Source: Chthoniobacterales bacterium
Lineage (GTDB): Bacteria > Verrucomicrobiota > Verrucomicrobiia > Chthoniobacterales > UBA6821
NCBI GenBank assembly: GCA_044236545.1
Contig: JBIIGI010000001.1
Coordinates: 8,557 to 72,556 of the forward strand
DNA: 64,000 bases
Direction: 5' to 3'
The number at the start of each line of letters is the position of its first letter. Position 1 is the stretch's first letter. The translations under genes and the position numbers were made by a program. The notes beneath the pieces are model-generated. The model did no database searches. It had not been told where the DNA came from and was given only the letters and a program-made list of their open reading frames with translations. Positions 1 to 9,157 of the stretch are shown piece after piece.

Positions 1-965
1 GCGGGGGTGTCTGTGTCGGGGAGGTCAGGTTTTGTGCTGAGTGTGGATGCAAGATTCCCCTTAACCCCCTTTTGGAAAGCCTGAGTAATAGGCACCACGA
101 CATCCCGGGGAATCCCGGACTTTTCTCCCAGCTCATCACCTTGGTAGCGCGGAGATTTTTGATTTTTTTCCGAAGTCATTCGCAGATCTGGCTCCAGGCA
201 GGGCTTATTTTCGGCTTTCCCTTCCTCGTCGCTCTCTTTGGATGGCATGGACTTCCCCAGATACGAAACCTGAGCATGGGGATGGATCTCAATGTGATCC
301 AGCAACTCACCGAGGCGCATGATTTCCTCATCCAAGCGAGCAGGGTGGGGAGTCTTGTCTCCGGGATCGTCATGTTCGAGGTGATTCTCCTGACACTGAT
401 GGGTGCCAACAACGCGGGCCGGGAAATCGCCTCCGAACGCCAGGTTTTCGAGAAGGAAAAACTCTCCGGCCTCAGTCCCGTTGCCTATGTCGGCAGCAAG
501 ATCGTCTATCTCGGGATTCTCTGCGCCGTCCAATCCCTCTGGATGGGGCTCTTCATCCATTTCACCTGCTCATTTCCCGGCATCCTCCAGGATCAACTTC
601 TTTTTCTATTCCTCGTGAATGCGGCGACGACCTCCATCTGTCTGGCTATCTCAAGTTACATGGCCTCCGCTGAGCAGGCCTCGCTCGCCTCGATCTATCT
701 GGTTGGATTCCAGTTACCTCTATCCGGAGCCGTTTTGGCTTTACCTGCATGGCTGGCAACGGCTGTTCGTCCATTCATCGCCGCGTACTGGAGTTGGTCG
801 GGAATGCTTCAGACTCTGCGTGGCGAACGCTACTACGACATCGTCAAAATGGTCATCCAAACGGGCCTTTCACCCGCGGCCCTGTGCCTCTGGGTGCTGG
901 TGATCCACGTTGTTGTCGGAATCTTCCTGACATACCAAGGTTGCCAAAGAACGAGGATGGAGTGA
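1..965 (+). CDS. ABC-2 type transporter permease, probably 5'-truncated by the window edge
   Basis: Track ORF 72-965 (TTG start), but the same frame stays open back to nt 3. It has multiple hydrophobic helices and an ABC-2 membrane-domain-like stretch (REIASERQVFEKEKLSGLSPVAYVGSKIVY). Confidence 0.65.
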   Translation, partial: GGVCVGEVRFCAECGCKIPLNPLLESLSNRHHDIPGNPGLFSQLITLVARRFLIFFRSHSQIWLQAGLIFGFPFLVALFGWHGLPQIRNLSMGMDLNVIQQLTEAHDFLIQASRVGSLVSGIVMFEVILLTLMGANNAGREIASERQVFEKEKLSGLSPVAYVGSKIVYLGILCAVQSLWMGLFIHFTCSFPGILQDQLLFLFLVNAATTSICLAISSYMASAEQASLASIYLVGFQLPLSGAVLALPAWLATAVRPFIAAYWSWSGMLQTLRGERYYDIVKMVIQTGLSPAALCLWVLVIHVVVGIFLTYQGCQRTRME

Positions 966-1056
966 TGGAACTGGTCGACGAGTCGCAGGAACGGGATCCC
1001 GTTTCCCTTCATGATGCGTTGATCCGTACCCGATCAGGGTGCCGTGCTTTGACATC

Positions 1057-2649
1057 ATGAAACGGCTTTTCATCCCCGGTGCAGTTGCAGTGTTCCTGCT
1101 GATCAACGCCTGTTCCCCACCTCTGCAACGTCCCGACCTTGTGTTCATCAACGGAGCGGAACCCGAGACACTTGATCCCGCGCTGATCACAGGCCAACCG
1201 GAGGGGCGTCTGGTGAATGCTCTCTTCGAAGGATTGCTCCGTTTTGACCGGCATGGAAGGAGCGTCCCCGGCGTCGCATCCTCTTGGGAAATCTCGCCCG
1301 ACCGCATGACCTATACGTTTCACCTGCGCCCTGATGCCAGATGGAGCGATGGGCGGCCGGTGAGGGCCGGTGATTTCCTCTCCTCCTGGCGCCGGACGCT
1401 CGAACCAGCCACGGCCTCAGCTTACAGTTACCAACTCTTTGCAGTGAAGGGTGCGGAGGAGTTTGCCGTCGGGAAAAGTTCCGATTTTTCCACGGTCGGG
1501 GCGAAGGCTCTCGACGAGATGACTCTGCTTGTGAATCTCCGTCAACCCACCCCTTACTTCCTCGACCTCTGCGCGTTTCCGACGCTTTACCCGGTGAGAA
1601 CCGACCTGATCGCGAAATACGGCGACGATTGGGTGAAGCCGGGCAAGATTGTTGGCAACGGGGCGTTTCTTCTCAAAGCGTGGCGAATCAATGACTCCGT
1701 CGAGTTGGTCAGGAATCCCCTCTACTGGGATGCTGCCCATGTATCCCTGCGTTCCGTCCAAGCCCTCCCGATCAGCAAGGCGAATGTCGCCTACAACTTT
1801 TACGCCGCAGGTCAGGCCGACCTGATCATGGACAAGGGTCTCGCCCCTCCTTCCCTCCTCGACGCCCTGAAGGAACGACCCGATTTCCATGCCGCTCCCT
1901 TTCTGGGAACCTATTTCCTCCGGTTTAACTGCGCGAAAGGACCATTCAAAGACGTGCGTGTCCGCAAGGCTTTCTCGCTGGCACTCGACCGGGGGCGTGT
2001 GACGACAAAGATCACCCGGGCTGGTGAGACGGATGCCTTAAGTTTCGTGCCTCCAGGCATTGCGGGATATCAGGCCCCGCCGGGATTGTCCCAGAATGCC
2101 GATGAGGCCCGGCGTTTGCTGGCAGAGGCGGGATACCCTGGAGGGGAGGGGTTTCCGCTGACATCCTATCTTTACAGCGAGGGGGAACTGAACGAGGGGG
2201 TTGCCATTGAGCTTCAGTCCATGTGGAGGGAGGTGCTGGGCGTCACCGTCCAACTTGCCCGGCAGGAGTGGAAGGTTTATCTGAACTCCCTCGGATCCCT
2301 TGACTTCGGCATTGCCCGGTCCAGTTGGGTTGGGGATTACCCCGATCCGAACACGTTCCTTGATCTCTTCCTCACCGGGAGCGGCAACAACCGGACTGGT
2401 TGGAGTAATCCCGTGTATGATGGCCTGATCAGAGACGCCGCGGCCGAGCCAGATCCGGCACGGCGTTTTGCGGTCATGAGGAATGCGGAGGAGTTTTTGG
2501 TCCGGGAACAGGCACCGATCGCCCCTCTCTTTTTCTACGTCGGGATCCAGCTCTATGACGGAAATCGCCTGGGTGGCATTGAGGCCAATGTTCTTGACGA
2601 ACACCCGATCCGTGAGATCTACCGAAAAGAAACCATTACTCATCCGTGA
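1057..2649 (+). CDS. ABC transporter substrate-binding lipoprotein, SBP family 5 (OppA/DppA-like peptide/nickel binding)
   Basis: Track ORF 1039-2649. Start moved to ATG 1057 (MKRLFIPGAVAVFLLINAC, a lipobox-like signal). Typical family-5 N-terminal block: LVFINGAEPETLDPALITGQPEGRLVNALFEGLLRFD...SWEISPDRMTYTFHLRPDARWSDG. Confidence 0.85.
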   Translation: MKRLFIPGAVAVFLLINACSPPLQRPDLVFINGAEPETLDPALITGQPEGRLVNALFEGLLRFDRHGRSVPGVASSWEISPDRMTYTFHLRPDARWSDGRPVRAGDFLSSWRRTLEPATASAYSYQLFAVKGAEEFAVGKSSDFSTVGAKALDEMTLLVNLRQPTPYFLDLCAFPTLYPVRTDLIAKYGDDWVKPGKIVGNGAFLLKAWRINDSVELVRNPLYWDAAHVSLRSVQALPISKANVAYNFYAAGQADLIMDKGLAPPSLLDALKERPDFHAAPFLGTYFLRFNCAKGPFKDVRVRKAFSLALDRGRVTTKITRAGETDALSFVPPGIAGYQAPPGLSQNADEARRLLAEAGYPGGEGFPLTSYLYSEGELNEGVAIELQSMWREVLGVTVQLARQEWKVYLNSLGSLDFGIARSSWVGDYPDPNTFLDLFLTGSGNNRTGWSNPVYDGLIRDAAAEPDPARRFAVMRNAEEFLVREQAPIAPLFFYVGIQLYDGNRLGGIEANVLDEHPIREIYRKETITHP

Positions 2650-3479
2650 AATCACGATTCTCCATCAAGGGATGCACCTCCCTGATCACAGGTGCGACCG
2701 CAGGCCTCGGTGCAGAGTTTGCCAGGCAACTGTCTCCCCATGCAAAGAGGTTGATTCTTGTTGGTCGCCGCGAGGAGCGTCTGAACGATTTGGCGGCGGA
2801 ACTGAAAGGGAGATTTCCCTCCCTGAGGATCGACGCCTACAAGGCCGATTTATCACTGGCATCGGATCGTGAGGACTTGGCCGCATGGATTATCCGGGAG
2901 GAGATACCCCTCAACCTCATCATCAACAACGCCGGTCTCGGCGACCTCGGGCACTTCGATAATGCCGAGTGGGGGAGGCTTTCGCCGATGCTGGAGGTCA
3001 ATGTCACCGCCCTGACCCATCTCACACACCTTATCCTGCCGATGTTGAGGGCTCAATCTCCCTCTGGAATCCTGAATGTCAGTTCCGTCGCGGGATTCTT
3101 TCCCCTTCCCGAGATGGCTGTCTATGCCGCGACCAAGGCGTATGTAACCAGTTTCAGCGAGGCGCTCCGGATGGAGCTTGCACCCGAGGGGATTGCCGTA
3201 ACGGCCCTTTGCCCCGGACCCGTTCCGACCGAGTTCTTTGAAGTGGCCAGTCGCGACGGTGAAGCGATCAGGGCGATGGATCGCTCCCATCCGTCATTGG
3301 CCACCACTCCTCAGGTGGTTGTCCGTGAGGCGCTCAAGGGGTTGGAGAGTGACAAACCGGGCGTGATTCCGAACAAGCTCGTGGCCCTACTGGTGAGGAC
3401 GGTTTGTCTGCTGCCTTTCCCCGTGATCCGATCCGCGATCCGGCTTGGTGCGGGACCCAAAAAGCCGAAAAGGACGTAA
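2646..3479 (+). CDS. SDR family short-chain dehydrogenase/reductase
   Basis: TGxxxGxG cofactor motif (ITGATAGLGAEFA), NNAG motif and YxxxK (YAATKAY). GTG start overlaps the upstream stop (GTGA). Confidence 0.85.
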   Translation: MKSRFSIKGCTSLITGATAGLGAEFARQLSPHAKRLILVGRREERLNDLAAELKGRFPSLRIDAYKADLSLASDREDLAAWIIREEIPLNLIINNAGLGDLGHFDNAEWGRLSPMLEVNVTALTHLTHLILPMLRAQSPSGILNVSSVAGFFPLPEMAVYAATKAYVTSFSEALRMELAPEGIAVTALCPGPVPTEFFEVASRDGEAIRAMDRSHPSLATTPQVVVREALKGLESDKPGVIPNKLVALLVRTVCLLPFPVIRSAIRLGAGPKKPKRT

Positions 3480-3598
3480 GGAGTAAAATTCCCTGATTGC
3501 GGTTATGGAGGAGGGTAGATCCTTGTTGTATTCCTGAGTTCATTGTTTTTTGCCTCATTTCAGGCTTCGGAACAATCCACCATTGCTCCATCGCTTGA

Positions 3599-4663
3599 TT
3601 GACGAGGGGTTCCGGATGGGGGAGAATCTCCCTTGTGAAAAGTTTCACAAGATGGTCCTCCAAAGAAATTGACCCGAAGTCGAACGCCTCGTTCGCCTCC
3701 GCGATCGAATTGATCGGTCCCGACCTCTATTCTGTCGAGGAGCGGATCCGCGAGCAGTCAAAGTCGGTTGATGTGGGGATTGAGCATTATTTCGAATATG
3801 CCATCGGGGGGAGCGGAAAGCGTCTCCGTCCCGCCCTTGCTCTGCTCTCCGGGGGAGCCACCGGCCGGATCGTCTCCGATCACGTCGATCTTGCCGTGAT
3901 CGTGGAGCTCATTCATATCGCAAGCCTCGTCCATGACGATATCATGGATGGAGCCGACCGACGCCGAGACCGCCCCACGCTTAATGCCAAGTGGGGTAAT
4001 TCCCTCACTGTTCTGGTAGGTGATGTCCTTTTCGCACACGCCCTCCGTCTCTCCACCAAGTTTTCCAATTCCGATGTCTCCCGCCGGATTGCCGACGCCG
4101 CGGCCGATGTCTGCACCGGGGAGATCCTTCAGACCCAGCGGCGCTTCGACCTGAATCTGCCGCTTTCCGAGTATTACCGGATGGTCCAGATGAAGACCGG
4201 CGCCCTGTTCGCCGTCTCCTGCGAACTCGGGGCCTTCCTCAGCGGTGCTTCGCCCACGGTGATTGGCGCGCTGAAGAATTACGGAAACAAGATAGGAATC
4301 GCCTACCAAGTGCTTGATGACTGCATTGATCTTGTCGGGGACGAAGAAATGATCGGCAAGACGCTAGGCACCGACATCGCCTGCGGTAAATTCACTCTTC
4401 CGGTGCTCCTGCTGCTCCAAAACTCATCCCCGAAGAATCGCGACGAGATTCAGGCGATGCTATTGGCCGAGGAGGGGATTTCATCCTCCGATCTTGCGGC
4501 CCTTGTCACCTCGCGCGGTGCTCTTCCGGCAGCCGTGGAGGCTGCCCGCTCGCTTGTTGACGAGGCGGAGTCCGAGCTTATCCATGTGCAGGACAATCGC
4601 CATGCCGCCGCCCTTCGGGCGATGACCGAGTATATTCGCGGGGTTCTTGAATCGCTTTATTGA
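3599..4663 (+). CDS. trans-polyprenyl diphosphate synthase (IspB/HepT-like, chain length not determinable)
   Basis: Two aspartate-rich motifs, DDIMDGADRRRDRPT and DDCIDL. Start uncertain (TTG 3599 or GTG 3635). Confidence 0.85.
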   Translation: MTRGSGWGRISLVKSFTRWSSKEIDPKSNASFASAIELIGPDLYSVEERIREQSKSVDVGIEHYFEYAIGGSGKRLRPALALLSGGATGRIVSDHVDLAVIVELIHIASLVHDDIMDGADRRRDRPTLNAKWGNSLTVLVGDVLFAHALRLSTKFSNSDVSRRIADAAADVCTGEILQTQRRFDLNLPLSEYYRMVQMKTGALFAVSCELGAFLSGASPTVIGALKNYGNKIGIAYQVLDDCIDLVGDEEMIGKTLGTDIACGKFTLPVLLLLQNSSPKNRDEIQAMLLAEEGISSSDLAALVTSRGALPAAVEAARSLVDEAESELIHVQDNRHAAALRAMTEYIRGVLESLY

Positions 4664-4719
4664 TTCCCGGATCGAATTTCCGTCCCTTGCCAAGAGACGG
4701 TCTTGTCATAAGGTGTGGG

Positions 4720-5415
4720 ATGATTTCAGAACGATTTCAGGAGATTCCTCACAGGGAGAGACCGCGGGAGCGCCTGGTTGATCATGGGGCCAATGTCCTC
4801 ACGGATGCCGAGTTGCTCGCGATTTTTTTGAGGACGGGAAAGGTGGGTCTCGATGTCCTGTCCCTTGCAAAGCTACTCCTCAAGGAGTGGGGATCGTTAA
4901 GGCGGCTCGCCGGATGCACAACAACCGAGCTTGCCAAACTTCCCGGCATGGGGCCGGCGAAGGCGGCTGAACTGAAGGCTGCCTTTGAAATGGGGCGCCG
5001 CATGGCTCAACCGGAGGGTGAAAGGATCCGTATTGATCGCGCCGGGGCGATCTATGATCTGCTCGGTGTCGAGATGCAGACGCTACCCCATGAGTCCCTC
5101 AAAGTTCTCCTTCTTGACACACGGCATGGTTTTCTTGAGATGAAGGAGATTTCCCGCGGCAGCCTGAACGAAAGCATCGCCCATCCCCGGGAGATCTTCC
5201 GCCCGGCAATTGCCAAGGGGGCATATGCCATCGCCGTGGCCCACAACCATCCCTCCGGTGACCCGCAACCGAGTGAAGCGGACCGTCGTCTCACCCGTCG
5301 TCTGGCGGAAGCCGGAACGCTTCTGCAAATTCCTCTGGTCGACCATGTCATTATCGGGGCGAAACGAGGGGAAAACGCACCCTACTTCAGCTTCCGGGAA
5401 GCAGGGTTGCTTTAG
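4720..5415 (+). CDS. radC: RadC-family JAMM/MPN+ domain protein
   Basis: Track ORF 4660-5415. ATG 4720 gives the typical N-terminus (...RPRERL). JAMM motif HNHPSGDPQPSEADRRLT. Confidence 0.85.
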   Translation: MISERFQEIPHRERPRERLVDHGANVLTDAELLAIFLRTGKVGLDVLSLAKLLLKEWGSLRRLAGCTTTELAKLPGMGPAKAAELKAAFEMGRRMAQPEGERIRIDRAGAIYDLLGVEMQTLPHESLKVLLLDTRHGFLEMKEISRGSLNESIAHPREIFRPAIAKGAYAIAVAHNHPSGDPQPSEADRRLTRRLAEAGTLLQIPLVDHVIIGAKRGENAPYFSFREAGLL

Positions 5416-5486
5416 GAAATAGGTTGTTGGGGATCGGTGATCGGGGGCTTTTCCTTTGTCAGACCCCTCCTTGTGCCTGAAAACCT

Positions 5487-5514
5487 TTCATAATTCATCA
5501 TTCATCCTTCATAA
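5487..5514 (+). repeat. tandem heptad repeat (TTCATNN)x4 immediately upstream of the lpxA start codon
   Basis: ttcataa ttcatca ttcatcc ttcataa read directly at 5487-5514. The ATG of lpxA is at 5523. Confidence 0.8.
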
Positions 5515-5522
5515 TTTCCCAA

Positions 5523-6335
5523 ATGCCCTTCATCCACTCCACAGCTCTTGTCGACCCAGCTGCCTCCCTTGCCCATGATGTCGAGGTGGGTCCGGGTGTC
5601 ATTATTGAGGCGGGTGCCGTGATCGGCGAAGCATGCCGGATCCAGGCCAGGGCGGTGATCACCGGACATGTCCGGATGGGCAAGCGTAACTTGATAGGCT
5701 ACGGGGCCGTCATCGGGAGCGATCCCCAGGATTTTGCCTTCAGGGGGGAAACCCCGAGCATGGTCGAGATTGGCGATGACAACATCTTCCGCGAGTATGT
5801 GACCATTCATCGTGGAACCAAGGAGGGAAGCGTCACCACAGTCGGGAACAAGAATTTCCTGATGGTCGGAGCCCACATGGGTCACAACTCCTCGGTCGGC
5901 AACAACGTCATCATCGCCAACAACTGCCTCCTAGCCGGCTATGTAGAGGTGCAGGATGGGGCGGTACTCGGTGGCGGATCGGTCTTTCACCAGTTCATCC
6001 GCGTGGGAAGGCTTTGCATGGTCAGGGGCGGTGAGCGCTTCAACAAGGACGTCCCCCCCTTCGTCTCGGCCTACGGGACGAGCCTTGTCTCCGGCATCAA
6101 TGCTGTTGGGTTGAAACGCGCTGGGTTCAGCGCCGAGGCCCGCATGGAAATCAAGCGTGCCTTCAAGCTGGTCTACCGTTCCGGGTTCAATATCTCCCAG
6201 GCCATTGAGGAGTCGAAGAAGCAGGCTTGGGGTACCGAGGCGCAGTTCTTCCTCGATTTCATCGCCTCGGCAAAGATGCGCGGGGTCAGTTCGGTGGCTC
6301 GTCGCGGAGCAACCGCCTCCTCCGACGAGGAATAA
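5523..6335 (+). CDS. lpxA: acyl-ACP--UDP-N-acetylglucosamine O-acyltransferase
   Basis: N-terminus IHSTALVDPAASLAHDVEVGPGVIIEAGAVIGE, hexapeptide left-handed beta-helix repeats and an LpxA-type C-terminal helical domain. Length 270 aa. Confidence 0.9.
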   Translation: MPFIHSTALVDPAASLAHDVEVGPGVIIEAGAVIGEACRIQARAVITGHVRMGKRNLIGYGAVIGSDPQDFAFRGETPSMVEIGDDNIFREYVTIHRGTKEGSVTTVGNKNFLMVGAHMGHNSSVGNNVIIANNCLLAGYVEVQDGAVLGGGSVFHQFIRVGRLCMVRGGERFNKDVPPFVSAYGTSLVSGINAVGLKRAGFSAEARMEIKRAFKLVYRSGFNISQAIEESKKQAWGTEAQFFLDFIASAKMRGVSSVARRGATASSDEE

Positions 6336-6338
6336 AGG

Positions 6339-7607
6339 CTAAGCTGTCTCGAGAGCCTGCAGTGCTGCCCGGTGGACCAAGCGCACGGGAACCCCGTGTT
6401 TTTCCGCGGCCTCGGCACAGGAGGAGAACTCGGGAGACTCCTGAAGGACCTTGCCGTTCCGCTGCCCGACCTTTACCAAGATCAGCCCGTAGGGGGTCTC
6501 GACCGACCGGTGGTGACGTTCAAGGATGGTTCTATCCAGGCGATGCCGACGCACGCCGAAGGAGGTGGTTTCGCTGAGAATCAGATCGGTGAGGGAGGCG
6601 GCCTTCTGCTCATGGCAGAGGACTTCCAGAATCCAACCCGAGCGTCCCTTCTTCATCACGGTCGGCGTGAGGGTGGCATCGATGGCCCCGGAGGCGAGGA
6701 TGGCCTCGAGAGCGTACGCGGCGTGTTCCGGGGTGAGGTCGTCGAGGTTGGCGCGGAGTTCGATCACCTCGTCCTTTCCTGTGGTTGAGGAGTCCGTCGA
6801 GTCACCCAGAATCATACGGAGGGCGTTGGGACGATTGGGTGTGATGCGGGAGCCAAGCCCGTAACCTATGGCCGATACGCTCATCTCGGTCATGACCCCA
6901 AACGCTGAGGCAAACTCAGCGATCATGGCCGCTCCGGTCGGGGTGATGTGTTCCCACGGCTCCTCGACCTGACGGAATGGGATTCCCTTGAGAAGGGCGA
7001 TGGTCGCCGGCGCGGGGAGGGGGAATGTCCCGTGGGCGCAGTGAATGTGGCCCGTGCCCTCGATGAGTGGGCCACAGGTGATCCTGTCCAGGTTCAGGGA
7101 CTCCAATCCTGCACAGGCACAGACGATATCGGCGATGGAATCCTCAGCCCCGACCTCGTGGAAGCCGACGCTTTCCGGAGGAACGCCATGGATGGCTCCT
7201 TCCGCCTCGGCGATCCTCTGGAAAACCGAGAGAGTCCGCTCTTTGACCCTGGGGGCCAAAAAGCTTACCTCGAGCAACTGACGGATATCGGCATGGTTCC
7301 TGCCATGGGCGTGATCGTGGGGATGGTCATGGTGGTGAGCATGCTCTCCATGATGATGGCGGCCGTGATCATGGTGGTGGTGATGTCCGGCCAACTCACC
7401 CTCGATTCCATCGTGTCCCTCGACCCGGAAGCGCCATCCAGCGATTCCACCCCGATCTCCCCGCTCGAAGCGGCACCTGGGGAGCTGGACCGGAAGGGAG
7501 GCAAGGGCATCCTGAAAGACGTCCTCCACCACACCGAGATCCCGCAGGGCTCCCACGGTCATGTCGCCGCTGACTCCGGAAAAGGGATCGATATGGAGGA
7601 TTCGCAT
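6339..7607 (-). CDS. larC: nickel-pincer cofactor nickel insertion protein LarC (DUF111 family)
   Basis: Track ORF 6339-7748. ATG at 7607 gives the canonical N-terminus MRILHIDPFSGVSGDM. Internal His-rich tract HHHHHDHGRHHHGEHAHHHDHPHDHAHGRNH. Confidence 0.85.
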   Translation of the reverse strand: MRILHIDPFSGVSGDMTVGALRDLGVVEDVFQDALASLPVQLPRCRFERGDRGGIAGWRFRVEGHDGIEGELAGHHHHHDHGRHHHGEHAHHHDHPHDHAHGRNHADIRQLLEVSFLAPRVKERTLSVFQRIAEAEGAIHGVPPESVGFHEVGAEDSIADIVCACAGLESLNLDRITCGPLIEGTGHIHCAHGTFPLPAPATIALLKGIPFRQVEEPWEHITPTGAAMIAEFASAFGVMTEMSVSAIGYGLGSRITPNRPNALRMILGDSTDSSTTGKDEVIELRANLDDLTPEHAAYALEAILASGAIDATLTPTVMKKGRSGWILEVLCHEQKAASLTDLILSETTSFGVRRHRLDRTILERHHRSVETPYGLILVKVGQRNGKVLQESPEFSSCAEAAEKHGVPVRLVHRAALQALETA

Positions 7608-7615
7608 GGAACGAA

Positions 7616-8974
7616 ATGAAGGAAGCAATACAGTCTTCCCGCATGAAGCTGGCAGATCAAACGGTACGGGGCAATCTTTCGCGCGGTGCCGCTTCCCGCT
7701 TCCGTGCTCTCTTGATTTGCCTGCTTGCCGGAAGTGTTCTCCACGCAAGGTCCCATGGGGCTGATCCCTCTCCGGAGGATTTGAACCAGGCCATAGGGCT
7801 CCCTCTTTTCGGAGAGGTCAGTCTTTGGGAGGAGGGGGATGACCTCGTTGCTAACCGAGTTGAATGGGGTATGGAGTCACGAACCTCCTCGGAATCCGGT
7901 TATCGTCTCTATCCCCGTTCCGAGATGACTGTTTTTGGGGTGCGCCCCTTTTCCCTCTTTCTCCAAGGAGTCGGAGGAAAAGTCGCGAGGATCTCGATGA
8001 TATTTGCTAACAAGGGGGATGTGTCGGCCTACGCGTCGGAGCAGGACCGGCAACGTGTTGCCCAGCCTGGAAGTCGGGAGATGGCGGTCTCCTCCCAGAT
8101 GATGCAGGCCTACCAAGCTGCGATCCGGCACGACGAAAAAGAACTGAGGGAAGCGTTGACCAAAATTCTGGGGCCTTCCAAACCGGCCAAGTTGGGAAAA
8201 GTGGCAGGAATGGATGAACGCGGGGAGCGCTGGGATTGGCGCGGTCATACAATCCTCTTGTCCACACCCAGAAACGAGTATGTGGCACTGCGGGTGGTTT
8301 CCGGCACGGTCTTTGATGATCTTGATGCCGAGAGAAGATCGTTCATGGCAACCAAAGCCCTGATCCCCTCACGGGTGGAGCACCGCTCCAATGGTGATGT
8401 GGTGATCACCGACATGCCGATGGTTGATCAGGGGGCCAAGGGGTACTGTGTTCCCGCAACCTTCGAGCGAGTCCTGCGTTATTATGGTCTGCAAGCTGAC
8501 ATGAACCTGCTGGCCATGTCGGGTCAGACTTCCGCTGGCGGGGGTACTCGTCTGTCAAATATTTACGCGGCCGCCCAGGGGTTGGTCCGTGAGGCCGGGG
8601 GGAGGATCACCAGCGGTTTCAGCGGTGCCAAGGTTGCCGATGTGCAACCCTACATTGACAAGGGGCAGCCGGTCCTGTGGGCTCTCTACAGTTCCGAGGA
8701 GTTCAACCGGCGGCTTTCCGATCGCATGGCACTGCGTTCCACCGTCACCGATTGGAAGGGATGGAAGGATGGGGTCCTTGCCGGAATCCGTCCGACGGCC
8801 AACCGGCTTCCACGAAATGAGGGAGCCCATGTCTGCCTGATCACCGGTTACAACCGCGAAACCCGCGAAATTGCCATCTCCGACTCCTGGGGGCCCGCTT
8901 TTTCCGAGCGATGGCTGACCGAGGAGGAGGCCCAAGCGGTCAACCAAGGAGACAGTTCGGTGATCGGTTGGTAA
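7616..8974 (+). CDS. secreted protein with an unknown N-terminal domain and a C-terminal papain-fold (peptidase C39-like) cysteine peptidase domain
   Basis: Signal-like segment RFRALLICLLAGSVLHA. Candidate catalytic residues, each in typical context: Q..GYCVPATFERVLRYYG (Gln/Cys), GAHVCLITGY (His) and ISDSWG (Asp). Alternative start ATG 7643. Confidence 0.55.
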   Translation: MKEAIQSSRMKLADQTVRGNLSRGAASRFRALLICLLAGSVLHARSHGADPSPEDLNQAIGLPLFGEVSLWEEGDDLVANRVEWGMESRTSSESGYRLYPRSEMTVFGVRPFSLFLQGVGGKVARISMIFANKGDVSAYASEQDRQRVAQPGSREMAVSSQMMQAYQAAIRHDEKELREALTKILGPSKPAKLGKVAGMDERGERWDWRGHTILLSTPRNEYVALRVVSGTVFDDLDAERRSFMATKALIPSRVEHRSNGDVVITDMPMVDQGAKGYCVPATFERVLRYYGLQADMNLLAMSGQTSAGGGTRLSNIYAAAQGLVREAGGRITSGFSGAKVADVQPYIDKGQPVLWALYSSEEFNRRLSDRMALRSTVTDWKGWKDGVLAGIRPTANRLPRNEGAHVCLITGYNRETREIAISDSWGPAFSERWLTEEEAQAVNQGDSSVIGW

Positions 8975-9157
8975 ATTGCTCTGGCATCCTAGGCGAAGCT
9001 TGTGTCGGACTCAGCGGGAAGGGGTGCCCAAGCCCATTCCTTCGGATGATACCATCATCAACGGTGATGAGTTTGTCGCCTAATCTCACAACTTACTGCC
9101 AAGTAAGTGGGGCTCCATATTGTAAAAAAATGCGATGGAGAGGAGTTTGCGGGTGTT

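Noticed and set aside
966-1038. Near-palindrome ggaacgggatcccgtttcc between the ABC permease and the SBP gene, considered as a terminator
   Set aside because: It has no loop and no T tract, and the genes are probably co-transcribed. It is likely fortuitous.
7608-7748. N-terminal extensions of track ORFs: larC to 7748, dnaG to 20797, aroE to 47812, M16 from 50216, HIT to 52268, gcvH from 26988, gcvP from 27512, nusA from 39763, hemW to 15535
   Set aside because: Internal ATGs reproduce the canonical family N-termini and remove overlaps with neighbouring genes. The extensions are Arg/Pro-rich and non-conserved-looking.
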